The position numbers were made by a program, and so were the translations under genes. Shown here in pieces: positions 47,023 through 60,000 of a stretch of 64,000 nt of DNA. Location of the stretch: IMG/VR virus record IMGVR_UViG_3300042289_000986, positions 147,588-211,587 of that record. One strand, written 5' to 3'. The notes beneath the pieces are model-generated. The model was not told where the DNA came from. It was given only the letters and a program-made list of their open reading frames with translations, and ran no database searches. Each line of letters starts with the position of its first letter. Position 1 is the stretch's first letter.

Positions 47023-47544
47023 TTAAATTTTTGTATTTTTTACAGGAAGAGAATTGTCTGTAGGTTGATTACCCAAACTTACATTAACTTGAACAATTTG
47101 TGGTTTTTGATCACCAATTGGTTTTTCGTATTTGTTTGGAACACCTTGAACTGGTGGAAGGTTTACACCAAAATTAAGAACTTCTACATAATCCCAGTTA
47201 CCAGGCACAGTAAACTCTGCCAATTCTGTTGGTGTTGAAACTGTTCTTGGATCCATTTTAAGAACCAAGTAAACATCACCAGTTCCTTCATTACTATTAG
47301 CGTCTTTTATATTTTGTTCAGAACTTCTACCAGCAACTCTTTTAATAAAGAAGAAATAGTCTCTTTCGATTAAATCAGTCAGCCAATTGATAAAATCTGA
47401 GTCTCTTCCATAATGTTGCTGACAATAAGGACTTTTTAAAAATTCTTTTTTTACTTTTATAGGAGAACCTTCACGAAACCCTCCATTTGAATAATGAGAA
47501 AAAGCAGTTTCTAACAGAGTATTAAATTTATTGAACTTTGACAT
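47023..47544 (-). CDS. Hypothetical late protein
   Basis: MSKFNKFNTLLE N-terminus; TAAATA at 47554-47559. Confidence 0.6.
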   Translation of the reverse strand: MSKFNKFNTLLETAFSHYSNGGFREGSPIKVKKEFLKSPYCQQHYGRDSDFINWLTDLIERDYFFFIKRVAGRSSEQNIKDANSNEGTGDVYLVLKMDPRTVSTPTELAEFTVPGNWDYVEVLNFGVNLPPVQGVPNKYEKPIGDQKPQIVQVNVSLGNQPTDNSLPVKNTKI

Positions 47545-47620
47545 GGTTTATAATATTTACTTCAAAATAAGCCCAAAACCATAAAAGATTTAACAGATTT
47601 TGAACATAAGTATTTATGCC

Positions 47621-48127
47621 GTGGCAAAAGTAGATTTAAATAACTTAATTAGACCAAAACAACAAAACAATCCTTCTACAGTATTGTCTAAAAAAGTAGA
47701 AGTAGTTGGTTCGGTTTATACAGATTTACATTTAGACTTACAATTTAGTAAAAGCATAGGATTAGGAAATTCACCAGCAAATTCTAACGATATTATGGTC
47801 GATACCGATGAAGAAGCAATCAAAAATTCTATTAGAAACATTTTTTCAATTAGAAAGGGTGATAAACTTTTAAATCCTGATTTTGGTTCTTCTTTGGAAC
47901 AATATCTTTTTGAACCAGTTTCTGAAGTATATGCCAGAGCAATTGCAGACGATATACTGAATACTTTAGAGACATATGAACCTAGAATCGAAGTAACAAA
48001 AGTTACAATTGTTCCTAAACATGATGATAATCAATATGAAACATATGTAAAATATAGATTTTTAGAAATAAAAAAAGAAAGTATTTTAAGTATTATTGCC
48101 AAAAGAGGAGGAGAAATCTTAATATAA
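47621..48127 (+). CDS. gp25: Baseplate wedge subunit (T4 gp25-like)
   Basis: DEEAIKNSIRNIF..RKGD...PDFGS.L..YLFEP, YEPRI; GTG start 8 nt after TAAGTA. Confidence 0.88.
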   Translation: MAKVDLNNLIRPKQQNNPSTVLSKKVEVVGSVYTDLHLDLQFSKSIGLGNSPANSNDIMVDTDEEAIKNSIRNIFSIRKGDKLLNPDFGSSLEQYLFEPVSEVYARAIADDILNTLETYEPRIEVTKVTIVPKHDDNQYETYVKYRFLEIKKESILSIIAKRGGEILI

Positions 48128-48140
48128 GATAATTATTACA

Positions 48141-49946
48141 ATGACAAACGACTATTTAAACAATAATAACTCATATATCAGTTTTGATGCAACCAGTATT
48201 AGAGATTTAATAGTTAACAGATTAAATCAAAGTGAAATCTTTACCGATCAAAATTATCAAGGATCGAACATGTCTGCTTTCTTGGATGTAATAGGTTTTA
48301 GTTTTAGTACTCTGCTTTATTATTTAAATAAAACTGCTTCTGAAACTTTATATTCCGAAACTCAAATATATGAAAATATTAATAGATTAGTAAAAATTTT
48401 AAATTATAATCCTATAGGTAGAATTGGACAAAATGTTCCTTTCAAATTAACGGCTGGAGAAAATTTAAATATTGGAAACTATGTTATCCCAAGATTCAGT
48501 TATTTAAGCGTTGGAGGAACAAATTTTTCTTTTAATCGTGATATTCAAATTTATAAACCAACAGTTGGTAACGTATCAATTGATGAAGTTTCTAACAAAT
48601 ATCTTTTATATCAAGGATTATTTCAAGAGTATCCGACTTATACGGCTATTGGAATTGAAAATGAAGTCATGTATCTTTCTTTTCTTGAATCTGTTTATAT
48701 TGATCATTTTAACATTTATGTTTTTGTAAAAGAAAAAAATAATAACCGCTGGCAAGAATGGGAAAGAGTTCCTGAAACTTTCTTATATGGATCTAATGAA
48801 AACGTTTATCAAATAAGATTAAACGAAAATAAAAGATATGAAATAAAATTTGGAGATAATATTAATGGTAAAAAATTAAAAGAAGGTGATGAGGTAGCTG
48901 TTTATTTTTTAAATGTTGATCCCGAAGCTTCAAATATTGGACCTAATTCTTTTGGAAAATCTAAAATTGTTCAATACAATTCAATAAGATTTGAACAAAT
49001 ATATAATAATATTAAAAATAATATTTTAGGAGAAGTTCTAACTTCAGAAAATTTACAGTATTTATCTTTAGATAACGACTATCCCTCAACTTTTTACACC
49101 GACGAAGAATCTGTTGATTCTATTCGTTCAAATGCAGCAAAAAATTTCAGATCACAATATAGATTAGTAACATCTTTAGATTATGAAACTTATATTAAAA
49201 CGAATTATTCAAGCCTTTTAGCTGATGTTAAAGTTTTAAATAATGAAGATTATTTAAGAACTCATATCAAATATTTGTATAATATTGGTTTAAATCAACC
49301 ACAAAAAGATGATAAAATTTTGATAAATCAAATTAAATTTGCTGATAGTTGTAACTTTAATAATTTATATGTTTACACAGTTCCAAAAAGTGAACTTCAA
49401 AATTATTTAGCACCATCTCAAAAAGAAGTTATCATTAATGGTTTACAAAGTAGCAAAACTTTGACATCAGAAATTGTACCAATGGACCCTATTTATATCT
49501 ATGTAGATTTTTATGTTAACAGTCCATTTACTTCTCCTAGTCCAAATGATTTAGCAGAAAACTATTTGGTTATTACCAAAACCCCAAACAGTAGAAGAGC
49601 CAATTCAGCAATTCTTTCTGATATTGAAAATTTAATTAAACAAACCTTTAATAGAAAAACTAATAAACTTGGAGAATTAATTGATATATATCAATTGTCT
49701 ACAAGCATTCTTAATATTGAAAGCGTAGATAGAGTTCAGACATATAGGGCCGATATAGATGCTTATACAGAAGGAGTTTCTCTATTACTTTGGAATTATT
49801 ATTACCCATTAGCAGATTCACAAGTTTATACTCAAAACGTAGAGTTGGAATTTTTTCAATATCCAATTTTTAACAATATTGAAAATGTTTCTTCAAGAAT
49901 AAAAATAAATGAACCAACGGGAACAATCAAAGTTGCTGATTTTTAA
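48141..49946 (+). CDS. gp6: Baseplate wedge subunit (T4 gp6-like)
   Basis: FTDQNYQGSNMS, YEIKFGDNINGKKL, EESVDSIR.NA...F.SQYRLVTSLDYE. Confidence 0.85.
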   Translation: MTNDYLNNNNSYISFDATSIRDLIVNRLNQSEIFTDQNYQGSNMSAFLDVIGFSFSTLLYYLNKTASETLYSETQIYENINRLVKILNYNPIGRIGQNVPFKLTAGENLNIGNYVIPRFSYLSVGGTNFSFNRDIQIYKPTVGNVSIDEVSNKYLLYQGLFQEYPTYTAIGIENEVMYLSFLESVYIDHFNIYVFVKEKNNNRWQEWERVPETFLYGSNENVYQIRLNENKRYEIKFGDNINGKKLKEGDEVAVYFLNVDPEASNIGPNSFGKSKIVQYNSIRFEQIYNNIKNNILGEVLTSENLQYLSLDNDYPSTFYTDEESVDSIRSNAAKNFRSQYRLVTSLDYETYIKTNYSSLLADVKVLNNEDYLRTHIKYLYNIGLNQPQKDDKILINQIKFADSCNFNNLYVYTVPKSELQNYLAPSQKEVIINGLQSSKTLTSEIVPMDPIYIYVDFYVNSPFTSPSPNDLAENYLVITKTPNSRRANSAILSDIENLIKQTFNRKTNKLGELIDIYQLSTSILNIESVDRVQTYRADIDAYTEGVSLLLWNYYYPLADSQVYTQNVELEFFQYPIFNNIENVSSRIKINEPTGTIKVADF

Positions 49947-49952
49947 TAAAAT

Positions 49953-52900
49953 ATGGAGGAAGAAAAATTTATAGTATATCCAAATAAAGGATATGTAGAT
50001 ATTACTAATTTTAGTTTTAATGTTGATGGTTTATCAGCATATAACTACACAAAATATCTTTGGGATTTTGGTGACGGTGTTCGTTCTAGAGAAAAAAATC
50101 CAACGCATGTTTTTGTTACTCCCAGTTCATTTGAAGTAACTTTAAATGCTTATTATGGCATAAGCTCTTATGATGTTTATACAAAAAATATAAATGTTGA
50201 TCTATATCTTAATAATTCAATTTACTTTGATTATGTTCCACCTCCAACTTTTGCAGGACATTTAAATAGATATCCTTTTAAAATAAACATAACTTCACCC
50301 GATTTAGATCCGCATGTTATAGATTTATACGCAAATTTTTCTCGATCATATTCTCCACAAGACCCAACAAACAAATGGACATTTTTAAGACCCCAATGGA
50401 GATTTATTGATAAAAACGGAAAACAAATTTCACAAATTATTACTGAAGATACCGTTATAAAAGTCGATGAAAATGGAAAAATAAATCCAAATGGAATTGT
50501 TGCAGGAGTAACTGGAACTGCCGAATTTTATTTTGTAGATGATATCTATAATTTTGATTTAGCAATAAAGGGACAACCACACACATCGATCATTGCAACT
50601 TTGGCGACTAGTGCTACTAAATCTTTTGGTGATCCTAAAAATTTAAGCCCAAATATTCCAAGCTATAGCAATAGTTTAGCTCAAGTAATATTACCTTATA
50701 TTGTTTTGTGGAGAACACCAGACCAGTTAAGAATTACAGAAAATGGTATAAGAGAACATAGTAACCCACGTTGGGTGAACTCAAAAATACCATTGATTAT
50801 AAATCCAAATTTTAAATCTTTGGAGTATCCCGATTTACTGAGTGATGGAAATGGCGTCAAATTGTGGCAACCTGATTCATTTTTTACTGAATATCTTCCT
50901 TTTGACAATACTAGTTCTATTCCTTTAAGCGTTGGGTTTCAAAATTTAAGTTCATATATATCACCACAACCTTTAGAATTTAAATATGTGGATGATACAA
51001 CATATAAAGTAGCAGGATATTATAAAGGAACGATGGTAGTAAAATCTACTGCATTAAACGAAACCTTAAGTGCAGCTATTAATTTTAATATTCCAGAACT
51101 TTCTGGTAACTATTTTAATCCTTTAATTTGGATACCAAACCAAGCAGCAGGTACTATGAACGTGGTCCAATACATCAAAAATCCACACACGGGTAAATTG
51201 TTTTTCAATAGTAATGCAGCAAAAAATCAAAATAAAGCAATAGTTAAAAGTTTTGAAGTACCAATTTGTTTCGATCCTGACTACACAACAGACGTAATGG
51301 CAATTACAGGCAGTCACGGAATTAATTGTATAGCAGCACTACCTCTTCCATGTTATCATGCATGGGCAATCGATTCAGATTTAAATAAACTGTATAGATT
51401 TTCTTCAAATGGAAATACATTGTGTTCTATAGATTTAAGAACAATTTTAGGAAATGCTTCAAGTAAATTTGTTTCTCCTGCTTTTTGTGTTTTAGATGGA
51501 GAACAAAATTTGTGGGTTACTTTGTACGACACAACATCAACTTTAAAGTTAGATAGTCAAGGAAAATTAATATTTGGCGTTTCTCCATTAACTAGTTTTT
51601 ATCATTTAACTTCACACAATAACAAATATCTTTTTGATAGTCAATTTTATCCCATAACAGCAAACAACGGTTCACAAATTCAGAATTTTATTAACCCAAC
51701 AGGAATAGATACAGATTTGAATAATAATGCATGGGTTACATATTCAAATCCATTTAGTAGCTATGTGTGCAAGATATCATCTAATGGAGTAACTCTTTCA
51801 ACAATACAATATCCATTATATTCTTCTCCTACAGAAATATTGTGTGATAATCAAAATAATGTTTGGATCGCTTTAACAAATCAAATTTACAGAGAAAAAA
51901 GTTACTTGGAAAAAAGAAACACCAATGGTGTTTTATTAAGTACGTTTGGACCTTTTAAATTCATAAATCATTTGACCTTAGATAATTATCAGAATATCTG
52001 GTTTACTCACAGCTATCAATATATTGGATCAATTGTTAACAATGTTGTATCTTCTTACAAGATACCAATGGAAGGAATTTATGCAAATATTCCTGATTGG
52101 GTTGATACTAAAAATTTTATATTTCAAACATCATCCACCAATTACTTGCTTTGGAGTAACACACTATCAAGTAACTATTGGAGTAAAAATAATGTATTAG
52201 CTTTAGAAAATGCTGGAATAGCTCCCAACAACACACCAACAGCCGAATATATTTTAGAAGATAAAAATAATCTTTCTCAGTATTTTATTTTTAATAGTAC
52301 GGGTGCTCAAATCTCTGGCCAACAAACTGCATCTGTATATGTCAAACCCGACACACGCCAATATATACAATTAAGTTTATCAAGTCCTAACAGTTCAAAT
52401 TATGCCAGAACTATTTTCTACGTTCCATCTGCGGGATCTCCATCTTTAACAAGTTTATCAGGAACTGCGGGGATTGATCTTTCGGGTAATTGGTATCGTT
52501 GTTACATTACAGGAACAACTACAGAACTACAAAACGTATTTACTATCAATCTTCATAATGGTGTTTCAAGCAATTATATCGGAACTTCAAGTTCATTTGC
52601 ACCATTTTTGTGTGCAGTATATAACAATAAACCATCAAGCGAATTTAGTCCATTAAGTAATACAGCATTTTCTGGTTTTGATGTTGGTTTATTTGATCCT
52701 GCTGCTGCTAGTGCATTGTCAGCATTTAGTTTGAATGGGTTATATATTTGGGGAACTCAGTTAGAATTAGGATCGCAACCCACACAACAACTAGAAACAC
52801 TATCTACAATCAAAGGACAAAATGCTATAACATTTGAAGTTATAGGAAATATAGATGAAACCGCACTAAAGGGAATAGCTTTTAATGGAAACAAATATCT

Positions 52901-53993
52901 TTATATTTTAAATTCTTTTGAAAATAAAGTTGTTGTTTTTAATACCATTAATAAAAACATTGAAGATACTTTTTATGTAAACCCCAAAGGATTTAATTTT
53001 TATCCTGATGATAAAAATGAAATAACAATAAGAGACATTACACAAATTTTACAACCAATTGTTAGCATTAGTCCTCCTACAAAAGTAGAATATCATCCTT
53101 GGGTAAACTCAATAATGGCAACAGGAGATTGGACAAGTTGGAAATGGTCAAACAAATATCGAAATATATCAACTTTAAATAAAACCATCTCTGGGGTTTC
53201 TCGACATTTAGACTTTTATGATAAAAATCCGTATGAAATCTTTAAAAGAAATGAAGATCACGATTTTTCTGAACAAATGAGATCCGTAACATTTGTTGAA
53301 AGTTTGAAAAATAGTCAATTTTTATATAATAAATTTTTAAAAGCAATTTTTGGAAAAGATTTACACGATGATTTGGGTGTACTTTCTTATGAAAAAGTAG
53401 CCAATTTTATTAAAAACCAAGCAGATATTGATGAGTGTGATATAAACGCATTATATAACTTGGCAGCATCCGTTGATTTAGATTCTGATGACTTTCGTTT
53501 GAATTATCCATTTTTTATTAAAAGATTGATGGATATCTTTAGTATTAATAAATCAATTCTTTGGGGAGATAAAGATAAAAGTGCTTATAACTTTTCTGAT
53601 GGTGGTAACTATGGAATTTTAAATAGAGGAAATAAAATTGATATCAACGGTTCAATTTATGCTGGAACTCCAGTTTTATTAAAAACAAAATCTCTTCAAA
53701 AATATAACCTCATACAAACTGGAAATATCAACGGAAATTCTTTTTATGATATTAACATATTAGCCGATTTCTTAAAATTAGGAGAAGATTGGGGTTCTTA
53801 TTATGAATTTTACGAATATATCCCTACAACATCGAATGAACAAGTCGAGGGTGTTATTGATTGGGATAATCCAAACACCACTTTACAATATTATAATTCT
53901 TCTAGTGAATTTTGGTTTGGCGATGAAAAAGCGATGGAGACATCGTTTGCTTATGAATTATACAAAGGATTAAAATTGTTAGAGTCTTCTTGA
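49953..53993 (+). CDS. Large baseplate protein: PKD domain, beta-propeller repeats, inserted carbohydrate-binding-like module
   Basis: YLWDFGDG...NPTHVF; repeated D..NN.WV blades; WYRC...LYIWGTQLELG module; follows gp6. Confidence 0.65.
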   Translation: MEEEKFIVYPNKGYVDITNFSFNVDGLSAYNYTKYLWDFGDGVRSREKNPTHVFVTPSSFEVTLNAYYGISSYDVYTKNINVDLYLNNSIYFDYVPPPTFAGHLNRYPFKINITSPDLDPHVIDLYANFSRSYSPQDPTNKWTFLRPQWRFIDKNGKQISQIITEDTVIKVDENGKINPNGIVAGVTGTAEFYFVDDIYNFDLAIKGQPHTSIIATLATSATKSFGDPKNLSPNIPSYSNSLAQVILPYIVLWRTPDQLRITENGIREHSNPRWVNSKIPLIINPNFKSLEYPDLLSDGNGVKLWQPDSFFTEYLPFDNTSSIPLSVGFQNLSSYISPQPLEFKYVDDTTYKVAGYYKGTMVVKSTALNETLSAAINFNIPELSGNYFNPLIWIPNQAAGTMNVVQYIKNPHTGKLFFNSNAAKNQNKAIVKSFEVPICFDPDYTTDVMAITGSHGINCIAALPLPCYHAWAIDSDLNKLYRFSSNGNTLCSIDLRTILGNASSKFVSPAFCVLDGEQNLWVTLYDTTSTLKLDSQGKLIFGVSPLTSFYHLTSHNNKYLFDSQFYPITANNGSQIQNFINPTGIDTDLNNNAWVTYSNPFSSYVCKISSNGVTLSTIQYPLYSSPTEILCDNQNNVWIALTNQIYREKSYLEKRNTNGVLLSTFGPFKFINHLTLDNYQNIWFTHSYQYIGSIVNNVVSSYKIPMEGIYANIPDWVDTKNFIFQTSSTNYLLWSNTLSSNYWSKNNVLALENAGIAPNNTPTAEYILEDKNNLSQYFIFNSTGAQISGQQTASVYVKPDTRQYIQLSLSSPNSSNYARTIFYVPSAGSPSLTSLSGTAGIDLSGNWYRCYITGTTTELQNVFTINLHNGVSSNYIGTSSSFAPFLCAVYNNKPSSEFSPLSNTAFSGFDVGLFDPAAASALSAFSLNGLYIWGTQLELGSQPTQQLETLSTIKGQNAITFEVIGNIDETALKGIAFNGNKYLYILNSFENKVVVFNTINKNIEDTFYVNPKGFNFYPDDKNEITIRDITQILQPIVSISPPTKVEYHPWVNSIMATGDWTSWKWSNKYRNISTLNKTISGVSRHLDFYDKNPYEIFKRNEDHDFSEQMRSVTFVESLKNSQFLYNKFLKAIFGKDLHDDLGVLSYEKVANFIKNQADIDECDINALYNLAASVDLDSDDFRLNYPFFIKRLMDIFSINKSILWGDKDKSAYNFSDGGNYGILNRGNKIDINGSIYAGTPVLLKTKSLQKYNLIQTGNINGNSFYDINILADFLKLGEDWGSYYEFYEYIPTTSNEQVEGVIDWDNPNTTLQYYNSSSEFWFGDEKAMETSFAYELYKGLKLLESS

Positions 53994-54028
53994 AACTAGG
54001 TTTTTTAATCTAAATATATAAGATAAAC

Positions 54029-57000
54029 ATGGCTGACTCATTTAGCATAACCCATACAGGCAATTGGCCTAATGAAACATATCAAATTGTTCCAAACTAT
54101 GATGCTATTAGCCCAGATTTTGGGTATGTCATTTTTCAAAATAATTTTAAATATTTTAACACGCCAATTAAAAGCGTTGACTCTAGATTATTAACAAATG
54201 TTTTTAGTTACAAGAACACTGTCACGGCACTAGGTCCCAAAAACAATCCTTTAGAAAATAATCAGTTAGAAGAAGATTATTATCAAATGTCAGTTTTTAA
54301 TAATACTTTTTTCACGTTTTCTCCATCTGCATTAAGATTGATAGATGCTGGTCCTACATTTAATTATTTTCAAATTGATTTAGATAACCCAGAAGGTTTT
54401 ACAGAATTTCATTCTTATATATTATACCCTTTTTCTTTATATCTAAGGCCAATTAGTGCTAAAAAAATTAATGATAATAGTTTTGAATTTGTAACATCAG
54501 CCGTATTATTAAGTGCTCAATCATTTTATTATTTAACAACCACTGGTGATGTCGATGCTTATATCAACCACTTAAATTATAAACCAAAATATAGAAATTT
54601 ACCAACCAATATTAATTTAAATTACAGCATAAGTGGGTTTGAATTTTATGCTGATAGACAACTTCCACAAATATATTCTTCTCAAATTTATAATTTTGAT
54701 AGGAATGCAATGCTTTTAAACAATCCAGTAAACATAAGACCAGATTATACATCTTTTAATTTTGATGTTATATATCCTCCATTTACTTTTCAAGCAGGGT
54801 TTCCAGAAGAACAACAATATGCTGGAATAGCTCAAGAAAATCCAGAAAATTATCGATATGTCAACGGTTTTACTTCTGCTTACATTTCTCGTTATGATCC
54901 TAGAATTTCTTCAATAGAAACATTTCAATTAGTGCAAAGCTCTTTAAATGAGCTTTCTCTTGATAATATTTCTAATTGTATATTAAGGTGTGAATTAAAT
55001 GTTTCTAATTCTAATTTAAAAACTTTTATATACAAATATAGAAATAATATAGGTAATTCAATTCCATTGGTTTCGGCTGTAACAAATACAAATTTGGGTA
55101 TTCGATATGCTGCTGATTACGGTAGAATTTTAAACACATCGGTACATTCTAATATTTTTTCATTTAAAGTAGGGACAGAATTTCAAAATGTTCAATCTTT
55201 AAGTGGTTTTAAAATTGCTTCTAACGTGCAAAATTTTGATACCGCTGTTTGGAATTTAAAATATCCACCACATTATTATTCATATAAAACATATTTTGAT
55301 GCAAATTCTTTAGGCTTTAATAAAAACAGTGATACGTCTTATTTAAATTTTTATTTATCAAGTCAGATTATTTCAGAAGATGATTTAAATTGTGTTTTTA
55401 AAAATGTATTAACGACAGATTTTAATACACTGGTTTTGGATTTAACATCCTATGCTACAAAAGATTCAATTAAATTTACTCCTATAAATGTCAATTTTGC
55501 CTCAAGAGATATTTCTTTATTTAGAGTTGTTTTATCTTCAATAACTGCACAATATAGTCCAGATAATGTTAACTTTTTTGATTATAATTTAAACTCTACA
55601 CCTTGGATAAATGCAGCATCCGCGCAATTTTTCAAAATTTATTATAATAAACAATATGGAGAAATGGATTTTGTATTAAATCCATGTTTAAGCACATCAA
55701 TTGGTACAAACATTGATTCAAAATATAATATCAAGAAAGATTTCGCTAAAGGATCTATACAAACCATAGATACTGATTTATTTTTAACAGTATTGGATGA
55801 AAAAGAAAATCAAATTGATTTGACAGTAAAATCAATAACATCCATGAATGAATTTCCTTTTAGAGATTTAACAAATACAGTTATAAGCTGGAATGTTAGC
55901 CCATCTTCAAATTTAGTATCAATTAATGCTATTGACTCTGATGGAAAATTTCTTCAAAAAATAACACCGAACCAACCTGTATCGTTTGATTTTAATACCT
56001 ACACTGTACGTGTATCTGGTTATGCAAAGGACACTACAACGATTACGTTTTCTTCACAATTTTGGGGATTATTTGATAGTATCCAAACAAACCAATCACT
56101 TTTTAACATATACAAAAATAAAAAATTTCAAATTGGATTGTTGAATCCAGTTTTTAATAATTTCGATACTAAACAATTTAGATTGACAGCTTTTTTGGAA
56201 TATGAAGGTCAAAAATTTGATATTCCAAAAACATTTAATGATGAAGATGTTTACATGTATTGGACTTGGAAGCATGATGAAGATTTTGATGATAGATTTA
56301 TTCCAGTAAATGTTTATGATAAAAATTTAACCGCACAATATCAATATGGTCAATCGGGACTAGCAACAGTTTTAAGTTCCATTTATGTTGAAGTTAAAAA
56401 CAAGTATGACATGGATCTTATTTCGGACCCATCTACTCCTTTTTCTCACGAAATAACATTTTATTTGTTTTCTAATATTTCTGTGCCGCCTGTATCGGGA
56501 CAGTTTTCTTTAACATTAGATGCATATCCAGCAAAAAGTGTTTTTAATACTGATTTTAGAACAACTTATAACGGATTTCCTAATGTTACTGTATCAGATA
56601 CAAGAAATAATCAATATGTTATTACAAGACCAGATAGTGATAATAACAATTTTGTATTTTTTGCCAATACTGATATTTTACCAACTTTAAGTGCTCAAAG
56701 TTTTGCTTGGTTAGCTTCGAGTGATAATGGGACGTTATCCGCTTTATCATCCACAAAATTTTCAGATATTTCGGCTTTTAGATATAGAATATCAAATCCA
56801 AACATTAAAGTAACTACCATAACATTATCAGCTATAAAAGCATTAATACCAAATTGGACAGAAAGATTTGATACACAAACTAAAATCACCATTTATACAG
56901 AACCTTCTGCTATATTTTTTGATCCTTTAAAATTTACAATCTATCCTCCTTTTATGTGGGGTCTTAGTGGTAGATATGTGAAACTCTTACAAGACAATGA

Positions 57001-60000
57001 TTATACATTAGCTGCGAATCCGACAGCCTATGCAAATACTATTTCTGAAACTCATGGGTTTTACATATCTGCCAATAAAGTTTATTTTGATAGTTATAAA
57101 GTTTATTCTGGTAATGATTTAACATACGTCGATACTATTACATCAAAATTTGAATATGTAGAAATACCGTTTAGAACCGAATTTTTCCAAAATACGGGAT
57201 TAAGAATAACTTTAGCAAGTTTTGGTGAAAAATATCCAGAATATAATGGTTTTACATACCAAACATTATCAGGAAGTAGTATTGTAACTTTACCATTTAA
57301 TAATTTTGCTTTTACTATTCCCTTTAGTTCTACAGTACCAGTTTCAGCAAAATTTACACAATCTCCAAAATTAAAACAATACGATACACTTTATTTGACG
57401 TTTAGTTCAACCATCACATCAATTGATATTGATGAAAATAGAATTATTACGGTTGATCAATTTTTTACTGGAGAGGGGGGAAAACCTCTTTCTGGATTTC
57501 CAACACAAAATCTTCAAGAAATTTTATCAGGCAATGTAATAGTTTATACTCTTTCTTCTCCAACATGGAAAGTAAATCAATTTATTCCAGCCCTACAAGG
57601 AAGATATCAATTATTTATTTTGGCTGTTGGAGATCCTGCACAACCTCTTAATATTAGCAAATACAAATATAATAGTTTAAATTTATCTGCATCGGGAAAC
57701 ATGCCAGTATGGATACCACCATCTACATTTGATTTGTATCCAGTAACACCATTAACCGCAAATTGCATAGCATATTGGAATTTTAATGAAGTAAGCGGTA
57801 ATCGAATTGATTCAACTGGAAATGGCTACAATCTAATGTTGTCGTCTATCCCATCTATAAGCTCACTACCACTAACTAGTATTGGTTTTATTGGATCTCG
57901 ATCTCTTTCAGCTTCTGTTACTGGTGTGTTTTTACAAACAACAGGAATAAATTTTGAAGGAGATTGGTCAATTTCATATTGGCAAAAATTAAATGTTCCC
58001 GAATCAGAAGTAGAAAGAGTAGATAATTTTATTACAAAATCTTCGGAAGGAAATAGTATTAATCCATTAAGTGGAATTATGATTACAACATCTCCAATGA
58101 TGATTTATGAAAATTATCCTCTTTATGAGCAAGCAGCAATTTATAACGGACCTTATCCAGAACCTTATAAATGGAATCATATTGTTTTTTCGGCCAAAAA
58201 TAAATTGTTGAGCGTTTGGATCAATAGTGTTAAGGTTGTAGATGAATTATTTTTATCTGATGCTTTGTTAGATTATATGTCAATTTCTAACAATTACCCA
58301 TTTAGAATTAATGGCCAAAATCGTTCTGTAGAAATAGACGAAATGGGTATTTGGTATAGAGCATTGGAAGGTCCCGATATATATGCTTTATATAACTATA
58401 AATTAACCTATCCGTTTCCTTACACTTTACCAGAAGCATATATTGAAGAGAGACAATTGTGGAAAGTTATAAACCAACCAGTAACTGCTAATCCACTAAC
58501 ATTAGTTGCATATAGTACAAGCGTTATACCAGAAGTTTATGTTTCGACATATTTTGCTTTAACAGGACAAGAAATTTTTATTCAATTTGAAACACCTGAA
58601 AATAATCAAAATCTTTATATTACATCTTATCGTACAAATTTTGGAGATCTTTCAACTTCTGAATTTGATCAACCGAATGAAATTGGATCAAATATTGAAT
58701 ATTCTGACATCAACGATACGGTAAGACACAGTTATAAAGAACCAGGCATCTATAATCTTTCATTTGATGTAATTTATAATACGGGAGAAATTAAAAAGTT
58801 TAACTTAGAATCTCCAATTACAATTTATACAGAATGGCCAAACTACGATCAACAAAAAATAAGATTTTTAAATGAAACAGTTTTAAATTTTGGTGATGAA
58901 TTAGAAAATACATATACATTAGATCAAATAGACATTCAACCTAATGAGTTTGGGGATGTTGATATATTTAATACCAGTATAACAAGATTGTATAATAACT
59001 TTGAATATTTAAAATTCAATTCACAAACAATTAATACAAATTCTCCAACCTTATTTTATGGTTGGTTAGGAACCGAAGAAAACAATACTGCAAGAGGTAT
59101 TCAGTGGAACACAAAAGATTATGGATTTTTCGAATGGGATAAACCATATTTGGCATCACTTAGAGTTACTTTTAATGAAAATTTAAATAATGTTGAATAC
59201 AACAAAAAATTCTTTTCAAATATTATTTGTGTTTCGGAAACAAAAGACCACTTATTAGTTATTGATGGAACAGAATTTAGAGCTTTTTCTTCTGGAAAAA
59301 TTCCGCAAGAAAGATTTTTTGAAAATATTGAAGATATACGTCCACTAATTCCAAGTCCAGTTAGTATTGATTCTTTTACAGATTCAGACAACTCTTCTTA
59401 TGTTTATGTTGCGGATAATGTTAGAAATAGAATCTATAAATTTAATTTAGATTTTTCTTTTGTTCCACAAATTAATGTTCAATTAGTTGTTGGAAACTTT
59501 GGAAAAAGAGAGGAACCTAATAAATTTAATGCACCTTCAAAAATAATTTATGCTAATGATTTTGTTTATGTTCTTGATTATAATAATCAATGCGTAAAAC
59601 AATTTACTTCTGACTTAAATTGGACTTTTACATATTTTGACGATGCTTTTGATAACGAACAACCCGAAGCTTTAGCAGTCCACCCAAACATTGAAATATC
59701 ATTTTTATATGTTTTGACAAACCAAAGAAGAGTATTTATTTTTGATCAGTTTAATACTGTACCGTTTCAAATTATAGATTTACCAGAAACTTTTGATTCA
59801 CAAGAATTAATGGAAATTAGTTTTGATGAAGCAGGAGAATTTTTCTATGTTTTAACAAGAAAAAATATATACAAATATACTATAAGTGGAACTTTTATCG
59901 GAGATGTTGACATACCAAACAGTAGTGAATTAAATTATAACTATATCAAACAATCACAATTCCACTCTATGTTGATATGTTCTGATAGATGTATTTTAAA

